Source: an uncultured Gemmatimonadales bacterium (lineage in GTDB: Bacteria; Gemmatimonadota; Gemmatimonadetes; Gemmatimonadales; Gemmatimonadaceae). Taken from it: a stretch of DNA of 64,000 bases. The position numbers and the translations under genes were made by a program. The notes beneath the pieces are model-generated. The model did no database searches and had not been told where the DNA came from. It saw nothing but the letters and a program-made list of their open reading frames with translations. The DNA lies in the NCBI GenBank assembly GCA_963701965.1, contig OY969695.1, positions 640,001 to 704,000 of the forward strand. The letters are read 5' to 3'. Below are positions 38,751 to 48,294 of this stretch, piece by piece. The first letter of the stretch is position 1. Each line of letters begins with the position of its first letter.

Positions 38751-39731
38751 TCACGGCTTGGCTGGCGTCGTCGTCGCGGCCTTGGCCTGCGCCTTGGTCG
38801 TTTGGGCTGGCGCCGCGGCGGGTGTCGCCGGAGTGGCCGAGGCCGCGTTCGTCGACGTGCAGGGCGCGGGCGCGGTGGCCGCTCCCGCGACCGCGTTGGT
38901 GGGCGCCGCCTTCTTCTTGCCGAACAGGTTGCCAATGCTGGTGACGGCGGCCGACGCATTGTTCACGGCGGTCGTGGCGCCCGTGGTAGCGTTCTGCACC
39001 GTCTGGGAGTTCGTCGCGCCCGCGATCGCGGACGCCGTCCCCGCCGTTCCGCACGGCTGCGGCGCCGTCGCCGCGTTGGCGACGCCCGTGGCGCTGGCCA
39101 GCGTGCCGTTCGACGCCATGGCGACCTGGCCCGGCTGCGCGCCGGCGGCCCCGTTGGCGAGCCCCTTGAATTGCAGGGGGAACTCGCCGCCCAACGTGTG
39201 TTGGTTGCCCGTATAGGTGTTGATCTCGTCGACCGTCAGATCCAGCTCGAAGTTGAAACCAATGACCGGCGGGTTCCCCACCAGTCCCAGCTCGAAACGC
39301 GCGTCGCCGAAGCCTCCCGGCTGGATCGCGAACTTGGGGTCGAAGTTGTTCGGGCCGTACACGAGGCCGATGCCGCGATAGGCGTTCGCGCCGGCGACGA
39401 TGTACCGGTTGCCGCGTTCGTCGGTCGCCGTGCCCGAATTCACGGCGTAGCCCAGCGTCACAAGTCCCGTCGTCTTGTTCACGAAATGGACGGTCGCATC
39501 AATGATCTTGTACGGACCCTGAACACTGGTGCGAAAGTCCGTGATCGTCGCGGCGAAGTCGGCCGTTTCGTAGCAGAACGCCGTATTTCCGCAAATCAGG
39601 ACCGGCTGCGGGGCGGCCTGCGCCGCGGGTGCAGCGGCGGCTTGGGCGTGGCCGACGGCTGCCGTCCCGGCGAAAATGGCGAAAAATGTTACCGCGGTGA
39701 GACGCCGGGAAACCGATTGAGTCGACAGCAT
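38751..39731 (-). CDS. Hypothetical secreted protein with an Ala/Thr-rich tail
   Basis: Signal peptide ending GHA|Q; beta-rich domain (ATDERGNRY); low-complexity C-terminus. Confidence 0.7.
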   Translation of the reverse strand: MLSTQSVSRRLTAVTFFAIFAGTAAVGHAQAAAAPAAQAAPQPVLICGNTAFCYETADFAATITDFRTSVQGPYKIIDATVHFVNKTTGLVTLGYAVNSGTATDERGNRYIVAGANAYRGIGLVYGPNNFDPKFAIQPGGFGDARFELGLVGNPPVIGFNFELDLTVDEINTYTGNQHTLGGEFPLQFKGLANGAAGAQPGQVAMASNGTLASATGVANAATAPQPCGTAGTASAIAGATNSQTVQNATTGATTAVNNASAAVTSIGNLFGKKKAAPTNAVAGAATAPAPCTSTNAASATPATPAAAPAQTTKAQAKAATTTPAKP

Positions 39732-39934
39732 GCTCCACCCCTGGTTGGATGCACAGAACGTGGGCGACTACGAGCCGCCCACTACGCCTTGCGCATACAG
39801 TAGGAGAATCCCCTCACCTCGGCAATAACGCGTCCGCAACAGTACCGACATAATCAACCGGTCACGCTATTCATACAGTGCGCGGCCCAATGTATGCCAC
39901 CCGGACGGGGAGCGACGAGACCCGGAGGTCGGCC

Positions 39935-40192
39935 ATGGCCCGGTGTGAAGTGTGCGGAAACGATTACTACCTGTCGTTCGAAGTCATCGCCGCGGGCGCC
40001 CGGCATGTCTTTGACAGTTTCGAGTGCGCGATCCACCGTTTGGCTCCGATCTGCGACCATTGCGGTTGCAAGATCATTGGCCACGGCATCGAGGCGGACC
40101 AGGCGTTCTTTTGCTGCGCCCACTGTGCCCGCGAGAGCGGCGTCGCGCTGGCCGTCGATCACGTGGGCGCGGCGCCGGGGGCCAGCAGATAG
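39935..40192 (+). CDS. Small Cys-rich metal-binding protein (prokaryotic metallothionein-like)
   Basis: CEVCGNDY, FDSFECAIH, CDHCGC and CCAHC; GGAGG RBS before ATG at 39935. Confidence 0.8.
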   Translation: MARCEVCGNDYYLSFEVIAAGARHVFDSFECAIHRLAPICDHCGCKIIGHGIEADQAFFCCAHCARESGVALAVDHVGAAPGASR

Positions 40193-40668
40193 TTTTGGAG
40201 CTTGTCGAAGCACTCGCCCCACCCGCCGGCGTGGCCGTTCCGGGCCTCGACGGACGCGAATCGCGCCTGCCGGAACGTCATCTCGGTCTTACCGTCCCGC
40301 TCGGCGAACGTCACCGTGATCACCGTCTCGTCGCCCGGCTTTCCATCGGCGCCCAGCCAGGCATGGGTGAACACCAGGCGCTCCGGCGGGACGATCTCCC
40401 GGTAAACACCGCCGAGCCATAGGTCCGCCCCCTCCGTGGGTCGCATGCAGGCGCGCCAGGCGCCCCCAGGACGGAGATCGGCCTCGCCGAACGGGAGCGT
40501 GAATCCCATGGGCGCCATCCACTGCGCGATCCGATCGCCCTCGGTCCACGCTTTGAACACCAGGATCCGGGGCGCGTCGAAGACGCGCTGGATCACCAAT
40601 TCGCGGTCGTCGGCCATCATTTGGTCCTCGTCTGGGCTTCCCTGAGCATCGCGCAAGTACGCGTCCAT
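40159..40668 (-). CDS. SRPBCC (AHA1/START-like) domain protein
   Basis: R.FDAPR.LVFKAWT, DLRPGG.WR, G.YREIVPPERLVFT and GW...DKL; the true start may be near 40620. Confidence 0.88.
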   Translation of the reverse strand: MDAYLRDAQGSPDEDQMMADDRELVIQRVFDAPRILVFKAWTEGDRIAQWMAPMGFTLPFGEADLRPGGAWRACMRPTEGADLWLGGVYREIVPPERLVFTHAWLGADGKPGDETVITVTFAERDGKTEMTFRQARFASVEARNGHAGGWGECFDKLQNYLLAPGAAPT

Positions 40669-40722
40669 CGATCGGACAAAGGGTTGCTTGCCACGCGATC
40701 ACACTTCGTCTATGATCACACT

Positions 40723-41499
40723 ATGGATGCAACGCGGATGGCAACGCGGATGGCAACGCACGACGACGGCGCCGCGCGGATCGCCGCCGCCATCGGCGAA
40801 CCCGCCCGGGCGCGGATGCTGTACTGCCTGGTGGATGACCGGGCCCGCACCAGCACCGAGCTGGCGGGCATCGCCGACGTGACGCCCTCGACGGCGAGCG
40901 CGCACCTGAACCGCTTGCGGGCCGAAGGGTTGGTGCGCGTGGCCGTCCAGGGTAAACATCGCTACTACCGGCTACAGGGCCCCGATGTCGCCCGGGTCCT
41001 CGAGGGCCTGAGCGTCCTGGCCGGGGGCGCGCGGCCGCCGTTCATCCCCAACACGCCGCACCGGCTGCGGGGCGCGCGTACCTGCTACGATCACATGGCC
41101 GGCACGCTCGCCGTGGCACTCCACGATCGCCTGGCGGCCCTCGAATGGTTGTCGCCGGCCAGCGGCGATGCCTACGAGATCACGGCGCGGGGCGCCGCGG
41201 CCCTGGAAAAGCTCGGCGTGGACGTCAGCGGCGCGCGCGCGATGCGGCGCCGGTTTGCTTACGCCTGCCTCGACTGGAGTGAGCGGCGTGCGCACCTGGG
41301 CGGAGCCGTTGGCGCGGCGCTGCTCGCGCTCGCGCTGCGGCGCCGGTGGGTGGCGCCGGAGCGAGAGAGCCGGGCGCTCCGTGTGACGCCTCTCGGGCAG
41401 CGCGAACTCTTCGCGCAATTCGGGCTGGACGCGGCTGATCGTCCTCCCGCGCCCGTGCCGGATCACCAAGCCGCGGGGATCCAGCGTAGGGTGGAGTGA
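40723..41499 (+). CDS. ArsR-family transcriptional regulator
   Basis: IGEPARARML, STASAHL..L, QGKHRYY, ARTCYDH.AG.L and CLDWSERR.HL.G. Confidence 0.9.
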   Translation: MDATRMATRMATHDDGAARIAAAIGEPARARMLYCLVDDRARTSTELAGIADVTPSTASAHLNRLRAEGLVRVAVQGKHRYYRLQGPDVARVLEGLSVLAGGARPPFIPNTPHRLRGARTCYDHMAGTLAVALHDRLAALEWLSPASGDAYEITARGAAALEKLGVDVSGARAMRRRFAYACLDWSERRAHLGGAVGAALLALALRRRWVAPERESRALRVTPLGQRELFAQFGLDAADRPPAPVPDHQAAGIQRRVE

Positions 41500-41505
41500 G
41501 GAGCC

Positions 41506-41997
41506 CTACTTCCGGCGCAGACGCTCGTCGGGCACGACGCCCAACGCGGTGGCGAGGTCGATCTGGTGGTCCTGCTCCTCGCGGATGATGCCCTTGATGA
41601 TCTCGGCCATCGCGATCTCGCCGAGCGCTTCGGCTTGTTTGATGCGGTCGCGGTAGTTGCGGATCGTGGTGTCTTCGGCGCGCAGGTCCGCCCACAACAT
41701 CTCTTTGTTGTCCTCCGACACCTCGACCTTCGCGGGGACGTGTACGGGGTAGGCTCCGAGATAGTCCAGCTGCTTGGCAATGGCGAGCGCGTGATTCAGC
41801 TCTTGGTGCGCGTGCTCGACGAGCTGATCCGCGATATTCATGTACGCAGCCGTGTCCAGCTTCTGGCTGAAAATGACGTATTGGATAATGGCCTGGTATT
41901 CGCGCGCGAGGTCGGCTTGCAGGCCGTCGACGAGCTGTTGTCGCGCGGCGGCTTCGTCGGATGACGGCTTGTTCGCCGGCGGAGTCTTGGTCGCCAT
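41506..41997 (-). CDS. Ferritin-like (bacterioferritin-type) protein
   Basis: DL.REYQAI.QY, ELNHA, E...I..Y and EEQDH di-iron pattern. Confidence 0.85.
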   Translation of the reverse strand: MATKTPPANKPSSDEAAARQQLVDGLQADLAREYQAIIQYVIFSQKLDTAAYMNIADQLVEHAHQELNHALAIAKQLDYLGAYPVHVPAKVEVSEDNKEMLWADLRAEDTTIRNYRDRIKQAEALGEIAMAEIIKGIIREEQDHQIDLATALGVVPDERLRRK

Positions 41998-42073
41998 TGG
42001 TTCTCCGAAAGTGGTGGACGGGAGTAGCCATTGATGATGGCCGCCCGGCCGCCGCGGCGCTACTCAGCCATTA

Positions 42074-42979
42074 TCAGCGCACGATGTTCACGGCGATAGC
42101 CGGCGTGATACTGGCCGTCGTGTTGTGCCCGGCGGGCAGAATGCGGGTGCCGAGCAAGAGACCCACGCTGGACGTCCAGTTGTATTCGACGGCGGGCGCG
42201 AACCCGAACCCGTCGCTGGTTCCCGACTCGAACCCGCCCGTCAGGCGCGTCGAGCCGGCATGGCTGTACGTGACGTCGAGCGCCAGCACCCACGAGCGGG
42301 TCATGCTGTACTCGGCTGCCGCGTCGACGTACGACGTGTTGCCCGGCCACGCGTGACCGACGAACGTAGGACCCGTGCCGTAGACGCTGACGCCCTTGAC
42401 GCCGACCTCGCTGGAGAACGACTGGGAGAGGTTCAAGCGCGTGCGCAGGATCCGACCATTCGGCATCCAAAAGTACGTCTGACTGTAGAGCGCGACGGTC
42501 GTGGTGTAGGCACCGGCGCCGAACCCGTTGCTCGGCCGAGCGCCCAACTCGTCGAACTTCCCCGTCGGGAACGCCTCCTGGACGATCAAAGATGTCGTCG
42601 GCACCCATCCGCCCGGATGAAATTGCGTCAGCCGATACTGGGCTTGGGCCGTCAGGTCGCCGATACCGACGCCGGAGCTGCTCGGCCCATTGCTGACCTG
42701 ATTGAAGCCGAAGATCGGAATGAGGCCGACGGACAGTCGGTCGAGCAGGCCGTACACCAAATACGTGCGCGACGCGAACCCATTCGTGTGCGGTGCCGTC
42801 ACGTCGTAGAGATAGGGCTCGATCAACACGTGGCCCTGCGGGAGTGTCCCCGCGGACGCGGCCAGCATTGGCCCGGTCCACCAGGCATCGCCCAGAGGTT
42901 GCCGGTGCGATGTGTCGGCCGGTGTTTGCGCCGACACCAGTGCGGGAATCGCCATCCCGAGCAACGCGTGCCACCGCAT
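42074..42979 (-). CDS. Outer-membrane beta-barrel 'transporter' (MetA-pathway/SphA-like)
   Basis: Signal peptide; AWWTGP, G.GD, PTG.FD and FG.G motifs; amphipathic strands. Confidence 0.65.
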   Translation of the reverse strand: MRWHALLGMAIPALVSAQTPADTSHRQPLGDAWWTGPMLAASAGTLPQGHVLIEPYLYDVTAPHTNGFASRTYLVYGLLDRLSVGLIPIFGFNQVSNGPSSSGVGIGDLTAQAQYRLTQFHPGGWVPTTSLIVQEAFPTGKFDELGARPSNGFGAGAYTTTVALYSQTYFWMPNGRILRTRLNLSQSFSSEVGVKGVSVYGTGPTFVGHAWPGNTSYVDAAAEYSMTRSWVLALDVTYSHAGSTRLTGGFESGTSDGFGFAPAVEYNWTSSVGLLLGTRILPAGHNTTASITPAIAVNIVR

Positions 42980-44040
42980 CACTGATTGATATCCTGTTTG
43001 GCTTCGAGGCGTTTGATGAGACCCGTGAGGTCGCTCTTCTGGCTCGCGGGCGCGGTCGCCACGGCGAGCTTCATCTCCTTTTCGGCATCGCCGAACTTGT
43101 GTTGGGCGCTGTAGGCCCGCGCGAGGCCATCGTGAACGAACCATTCGGCGCCACGCTGCGCGTTGGCGCGGAATATCGCGAACGCCTCGTCGCTGCGTTT
43201 CTGCGCGAGCAACTGGCGCGCGAACCCATCCGCCTCGGCCGGCGTGGCGAGGGCCAGAGCCTTTTTCTGCGCGGCCGCGGCGTCGTCCCGACGGTTGAGC
43301 GCCGTCAGCGCCTGTGACCGCGTCAACTCGTTGTCGAACCGGTCATCATTCAGGATCGACGTGTCGGCGTACGCCAGCGCGGTGCCCAGGTCTTCGTGTT
43401 GAGCGAGGATGTACGTGGCCGCTTCGTTCCAGCTCAACCAGTTGAAGCGGTTCAGGCTGCGGAGTTGCCGTTTCATGCTGGCGGCCACGACATCGTGGAC
43501 ATTGACGCCAACGGTGAACGGAACGGCGAGGCGGGCCCATTGCATGGTCACCACGGCCGATGTCGGCTGCACGTCGACGAAGTCATACGTCAGCGCTTCG
43601 TGCATCTCGGCCGGTGCGGGCTTGACCGTGATGCGCAGCGCGTCCTCCGCGGAGTCGTAGGTGAAGGAGCCCCACGACGTGGCATTGCGGGAGAAGATCA
43701 CCGTCCACGTGTCGGCGCGGGGGATCATGTGCAAACCATAGGTGCCTTTGTCCAGCGGTTTCCCGTCGATGGTGACCGGGTCGCTGAAGGCGATCGTGGT
43801 ATTGATGTTCGCGCCGGCGCGCCACACCTGGCCGTACGGAACCAGGCTATCCCAGACCTGTCGCCCCCCGACCAACGGGCGATGGTAGCTGATGGTGACA
43901 TCGGTGAGGCCGATCGTTTGCGAGACCTGCGCGCCCTGGCTCTTGAGCGGCAGGTCCATCAGAAACGTTTGGGCCGGACTGGTGCCCGGCATGACGACCA
44001 ACGACAGGACGAAACACGCGATCACGCGAGTGCGGCGCAC
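42979..44040 (-). CDS. DUF2911 domain protein with C-terminal TPRs
   Basis: V.Q.IGLTD.TI.Y.RP...R.VW..LVPYG.VWRAGAN..T.I.FS and WT.IF motifs; signal peptide. Confidence 0.88.
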   Translation of the reverse strand: MRRTRVIACFVLSLVVMPGTSPAQTFLMDLPLKSQGAQVSQTIGLTDVTISYHRPLVGGRQVWDSLVPYGQVWRAGANINTTIAFSDPVTIDGKPLDKGTYGLHMIPRADTWTVIFSRNATSWGSFTYDSAEDALRITVKPAPAEMHEALTYDFVDVQPTSAVVTMQWARLAVPFTVGVNVHDVVAASMKRQLRSLNRFNWLSWNEAATYILAQHEDLGTALAYADTSILNDDRFDNELTRSQALTALNRRDDAAAAQKKALALATPAEADGFARQLLAQKRSDEAFAIFRANAQRGAEWFVHDGLARAYSAQHKFGDAEKEMKLAVATAPASQKSDLTGLIKRLEAKQDINQ

Positions 44041-44315
44041 GACGGATTCCCCGTATTTGAATTGGTATGGTACTGCAGGCCGAACTTGGTATGCTAGTTC
44101 TCTAGCATCGTGCAGGAGATCTAGCGTTCAGATCAGCCGCTGGCAACCCATACGTTTGCGCTCGAATTCCGTGCTGTCGCGACCATGGCTCAAGTCGGTA
44201 TCGGCGCGACGACAGTAGTCACGGACACTAGTACCCATCGACTAGCGCGCATCGAGAGGGGCCTCCACGTTGGGCGCCTCGTGGCCCCATCCACCCTATT
44301 TGGAGGTTCTCGCGG

Positions 44316-46034
44316 ATGACGGTGCTCACTCGATCCGCCACCCTGCTTCTCGCTGGTGGGCTTCTCGCCGGAACATCCTGTGCGCGCCGCGGCGCGCCCA
44401 CGCGATTCACCGTCACCATCCCGTCATCGGCGCGCGCCAATGCGTTGACGGGACGCGTGTTTGTGGTGATCTCACGCGACTCGACGCCCGAGCCGCGGAC
44501 CAACATGAGCGCCCGAACGATGACGACGCCGTATTTCGGCGTCGACGTCACGAACCTGGCGGCCGGCCAGGCCGCGGTCATCGACGATACGACGACCGGG
44601 TACATCGTCGACACGCCGCGCGACATCCCCGCGGGTGACTACTACGTCCAGGCGGTGGCCAACGTGTACACGGAGTTCAAACGCTCCGACGGACACACGA
44701 TCTGGGCGCACATGGACCAGTGGGAGGGACAGCACCTGACGCGGTCCCCCGGGAACCTCTATAGCCCGGTGACCAAGGTGCACCTCGATCCGGCGAGTGG
44801 GTTCGACGTCCCGCTGGTCGCCAGCCAGGTGATCCCGGCGGTGGTGGTGCCGCCCGACACGAAATTTGTGAAGCGGGTCAAGATCCAGAGCGACATGCTG
44901 ACCAAGTTCTGGGGACACCCGATCTTCATCGGAGCCACGATCCTCTTGCCGCAAGGGTACGACGAGCACCCGAACGTCCATTACCCGGTCCTCTACGAGC
45001 AGGGGCATTTTGGTCTGGCCGCGCCGATGGGCTTCACCACCGACAGCCTGCCGGCGCCGACGCAAGCCCAGTTGGACCGCAAGCGCGAGTACAACGTCGA
45101 GCCCGGGTACGAGTTCTATCACGAATGGACATCGCCCGGCTTCCCGCGGATGCTCGTCATCACGTTCCAACATCCCACGCCGTACTTCGACGACTCGTAC
45201 GCGGTGAACTCGGCGAACAACGGGCCCTATGGCGACGCCATCATGCAGGAGCTGATCCCGTACCTCGAGTCGCACTACCGCATCATCGCCAAGCCGTACG
45301 CCCGCACCCTGAGCGGTGGCTCGACCGGCGGGTGGGAGTCGCTCGCGCTCCAGCTCTATCACCCGGACTTCTTCGGGGGCACGTGGACGCTGTATCCGGA
45401 TCCCATCGACTTCCATCACTACGGTGAGGTCGACGCCTACGCGGATACCAACGCGTTCATCATGGGCGCCGCGCCGCTCTTCACCACCAAGAGCGACTGG
45501 CTCAACCCCCTCCGCTACTTCGCGCGGGGCATTGGCGGACAGGCGGTGCAGTCAATGCAGCAGCTGAGTCGCCTGGAGGACGTCAAGGCCAGTCACGGGC
45601 TGGCGGCGGAGCAGCTGGAGATCTGGGAGGCCGTGTATGGGCCGGTCGGCGCCGGCGGCTACACGAAGCCGCTGTGGGACAAGCGCACGGGGCACATCGA
45701 TCACGATGTCGCCAACTACATGCGCACGCACGGCTACGATCTGACCGACTACGTCAAAACGAATTGGGCGACGCTGGGGCCCAAGCTGGTCGGGAAGATC
45801 CACATCGATTGCGGCGACATGGACAATTACTTCCTGAACCTCGCGGTCATGGACATGCAAGCGGTCTTCGACTCATCGAAGGCGCCGCACGTGACGGCCG
45901 ACATCCGCTATGGTCGTCCGCTCAAGGGCCACGGGTGGCAGCACACGTCGAACGCGGGATTGCTGCGGGAGATGGCCACCGCCATCACGGCGCACGCTCC
46001 GGCGGGCGGGAATTCGGGGGCGTGGAAGTATTGA
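44316..46034 (+). CDS. Putative secreted/lipoprotein esterase (alpha/beta hydrolase)
   Basis: GGSTGG nucleophile elbow; LP.GY....YPV.Y, NSANNGPY and ELIPY.E. Confidence 0.75.
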   Translation: MTVLTRSATLLLAGGLLAGTSCARRGAPTRFTVTIPSSARANALTGRVFVVISRDSTPEPRTNMSARTMTTPYFGVDVTNLAAGQAAVIDDTTTGYIVDTPRDIPAGDYYVQAVANVYTEFKRSDGHTIWAHMDQWEGQHLTRSPGNLYSPVTKVHLDPASGFDVPLVASQVIPAVVVPPDTKFVKRVKIQSDMLTKFWGHPIFIGATILLPQGYDEHPNVHYPVLYEQGHFGLAAPMGFTTDSLPAPTQAQLDRKREYNVEPGYEFYHEWTSPGFPRMLVITFQHPTPYFDDSYAVNSANNGPYGDAIMQELIPYLESHYRIIAKPYARTLSGGSTGGWESLALQLYHPDFFGGTWTLYPDPIDFHHYGEVDAYADTNAFIMGAAPLFTTKSDWLNPLRYFARGIGGQAVQSMQQLSRLEDVKASHGLAAEQLEIWEAVYGPVGAGGYTKPLWDKRTGHIDHDVANYMRTHGYDLTDYVKTNWATLGPKLVGKIHIDCGDMDNYFLNLAVMDMQAVFDSSKAPHVTADIRYGRPLKGHGWQHTSNAGLLREMATAITAHAPAGGNSGAWKY

Positions 46035-46599
46035 GCCGCTGCTCGATGCGGCGATCGGGCACGAGCCACGTGAGTGCCACGATGATGTAGAAGGCGCCGG
46101 CGATACCCGGGTGGATGAACGCCGCGGGTATCGCCAGCGCCGTCAGGACGGCGGATACCTTGCCCTTCACCTCCCGTCCAACCGCGTGGGCCAGGAGCGA
46201 GTTCGGTCCCTCGTGCACCACGATACGCCACTGCAAAATGATGTACGCGATGGCGGTCATGAGGAGCACCGCGCCGTACGCGGCCATCGGCAGCGCGGCG
46301 AAGTGGGTGTCGCCCATCCAGTTCGTGACGAAGGGAATGAGCGACAGCCAGAACAAGAAATACAGGTTCGCCCACAGAATGCCGCCGGTGACGTGCTCCG
46401 CGGCCTGGAACATGTGGTGGTGATTCGTCCAGTAGATGCCGACATAGATGAAGCTCAGGACATAACTGAGCGCCACGGGCACGAGCGGCCGTAGCGCCGA
46501 GATGTCGGCGCCCTGCGGGACGTGCAGTTCGAGCACCATGATCGTGATAATGATGGCGATTACGCCATCGCTGAATGCCTCGAGCCGGCCCGTCGTCAT
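45985..46599 (-). CDS. TMEM175-family (DUF1211) potassium channel
   Basis: RLEAFSDGV.AI.ITIMVLEL, YW.NHHH and LSLIPF. Confidence 0.92.
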   Translation of the reverse strand: MTTGRLEAFSDGVIAIIITIMVLELHVPQGADISALRPLVPVALSYVLSFIYVGIYWTNHHHMFQAAEHVTGGILWANLYFLFWLSLIPFVTNWMGDTHFAALPMAAYGAVLLMTAIAYIILQWRIVVHEGPNSLLAHAVGREVKGKVSAVLTALAIPAAFIHPGIAGAFYIIVALTWLVPDRRIEQRLNTSTPPNSRPPERAP

Positions 46600-46692
46600 A
46601 GCGTCTCCCGGAATGGTTCAACAATTGAAACCATCGCGCGCTTCCGCGCGATGCCGACGGGAACGGCACGCCGCTTGCCCATATGCGTGTCC

Positions 46693-47136
46693 ATGCGGAA
46701 TCCAATCCTCGTATGCGTGCTGGCGGCCGCCGGTCTGTTGGGGTGCGGCAGTGCGACGACGCCAGGTGGGATCAGTATCGGCGGGCACTGGAGCGTGAAG
46801 ATCACGAATCTCAACGCCGGGGCGCACGTCTGCAACGGCACCTTCGGCGCCGACTTCGCGCAGAGCTTCAACTCGTTCAACGGCACCTACAGTTCGAGCT
46901 CCGTGACGTGCGTCACCAACGGCGTGAGTGTGGTGATCGGTCAAGCGTCGGGGAACATCACCGGCGGGAGCGTCAACGGCCAGTCGATTCAGTTCGCGCT
47001 CGATAACACGGACAACACGTTCACCGGAACCGTGAACGAGTCGCAGATGTCGGGCGCGACGGCCTGGACGCACGATTTTGGCGACGGCGCCGGACCTGTC
47101 GCCTTGAGCGGAGCGTGGACGGCGACGAAGCAGTAG
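46693..47136 (+). CDS. Hypothetical lipoprotein
   Basis: LLGC lipobox; beta-rich body ending GAWTATKQ. Confidence 0.7.
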   Translation: MRNPILVCVLAAAGLLGCGSATTPGGISIGGHWSVKITNLNAGAHVCNGTFGADFAQSFNSFNGTYSSSSVTCVTNGVSVVIGQASGNITGGSVNGQSIQFALDNTDNTFTGTVNESQMSGATAWTHDFGDGAGPVALSGAWTATKQ

Positions 47137-47139
47137 TCG

Positions 47140-47403
47140 CTAGCATCGTCGCCGCCATCGCCACCAGCCCCACGCCGCGACCGCCGTTCCCCACGCCAGA
47201 CCCGCCCACGTGTCGCGGCGCCAATGGTGTGCGGGATCGACGGCGGCGAACGCCAGCGCCGCCAGGCCACACGCGATGGGAATGCCGAGGAGTGCCGGCA
47301 CCCATCCGCAGCCGGCGTCCGCGACGAGGCGTTCGGCCCATTCATGGACGCTCCCGTCAGCGGTCCCCCGTGAGCGCGCAAAACCCCACCGCAGCAGGCT
47401 CAT
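47140..47403 (-). CDS. Small Trp-rich membrane protein
   Basis: Two hydrophobic segments; fills the intergenic gap. Confidence 0.45.
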   Translation of the reverse strand: MSLLRWGFARSRGTADGSVHEWAERLVADAGCGWVPALLGIPIACGLAALAFAAVDPAHHWRRDTWAGLAWGTAVAAWGWWRWRRRC

Positions 47404-47474
47404 GGGCGCGCCGTTGACAGCCGTCCGCGGATGGCGCTACGTCTCGCCTATACGCTTGGAGATGGAGGGGTATC

Positions 47475-47996
47475 ATGGCATCGAACGAGAGAGATCAAGA
47501 GCGCACGACGCCAGGCCGGACGCCGCGGGACGTTCCGGTCGAGGGACCTCGGGTCACGCGCGAGCCCGGGGAGGCGGTCGAGAATGCGCTCCTGGGTCGT
47601 AGACTGTACGAGGAACTCTGGAACGCCCGCGACTTCGACGGCATGCTCCGCCACGCCAGCGCCGATATCGAGTGCCTGGAAGTGGCGACCAACACGGCAC
47701 GGCAGGGCCACGAGGGGTATCGCGCGTTCGCCGAGGGGTGGGCGACGGCCTTCCCCGATGCCCGCGTCGAGATCCGGCGCGTGATCGCCAACGACAACGG
47801 CGTCGTCGTCGAATTCGTCGGCCACGGAACGCACACCGGGCCACTCGTCGGGCCGGCCGGCACCATACCGCCCACCGGCCGCCGAGCCGAACTCTCGCTG
47901 TGCGATGTCCTCGAGATCGAGGAGGGTCAGGTCCGGCGTGTCCGCTCGTACTACGATATGGCGACGCTGATGCGGCAGCTCGGCCTCATGGGGTGA
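47475..47996 (+). CDS. SnoaL-like ester cyclase / NTF2-family protein
   Basis: AFPD, GTHTGPL, IPPTGR and R.YYD...L.RQLG; GGAGG RBS. Confidence 0.9.
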   Translation: MASNERDQERTTPGRTPRDVPVEGPRVTREPGEAVENALLGRRLYEELWNARDFDGMLRHASADIECLEVATNTARQGHEGYRAFAEGWATAFPDARVEIRRVIANDNGVVVEFVGHGTHTGPLVGPAGTIPPTGRRAELSLCDVLEIEEGQVRRVRSYYDMATLMRQLGLMG

Positions 47997-48027
47997 CGCT
48001 CGGACGGGCGACGCTATACTTGGGGGC

Positions 48028-48294
48028 ATGAAACGACGGGATGCGTTGGTTTCGATCGCCGCGTCCGGTGCCGGCATGCTCCTCGGCGCGTGCGCCGCGC
48101 CGCCGGCACCGGACGGCGATCTCTCCGATGAACAGCTGGGCGCATTGTTGCGGCTGGCCGGCTACCAGATGGCGCCGGGCGAAGGTGCCAAGATCCTGGC
48201 CTCCTTCAAGGGCAATCGATTCACGACCGACGTCGATCCGACGATTCAACCGCAGTCGGATTTTGATCCCGACGTCGACCCGCTCAGCCCGTGA
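48028..48294 (+). CDS. Small Tat-lipoprotein-like protein coupled to the amidase
   Basis: KRRDAL twin-arginine-like motif, LGAC lipobox, GTGA overlap with the amidase. Confidence 0.7.
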   Translation: MKRRDALVSIAASGAGMLLGACAAPPAPDGDLSDEQLGALLRLAGYQMAPGEGAKILASFKGNRFTTDVDPTIQPQSDFDPDVDPLSP

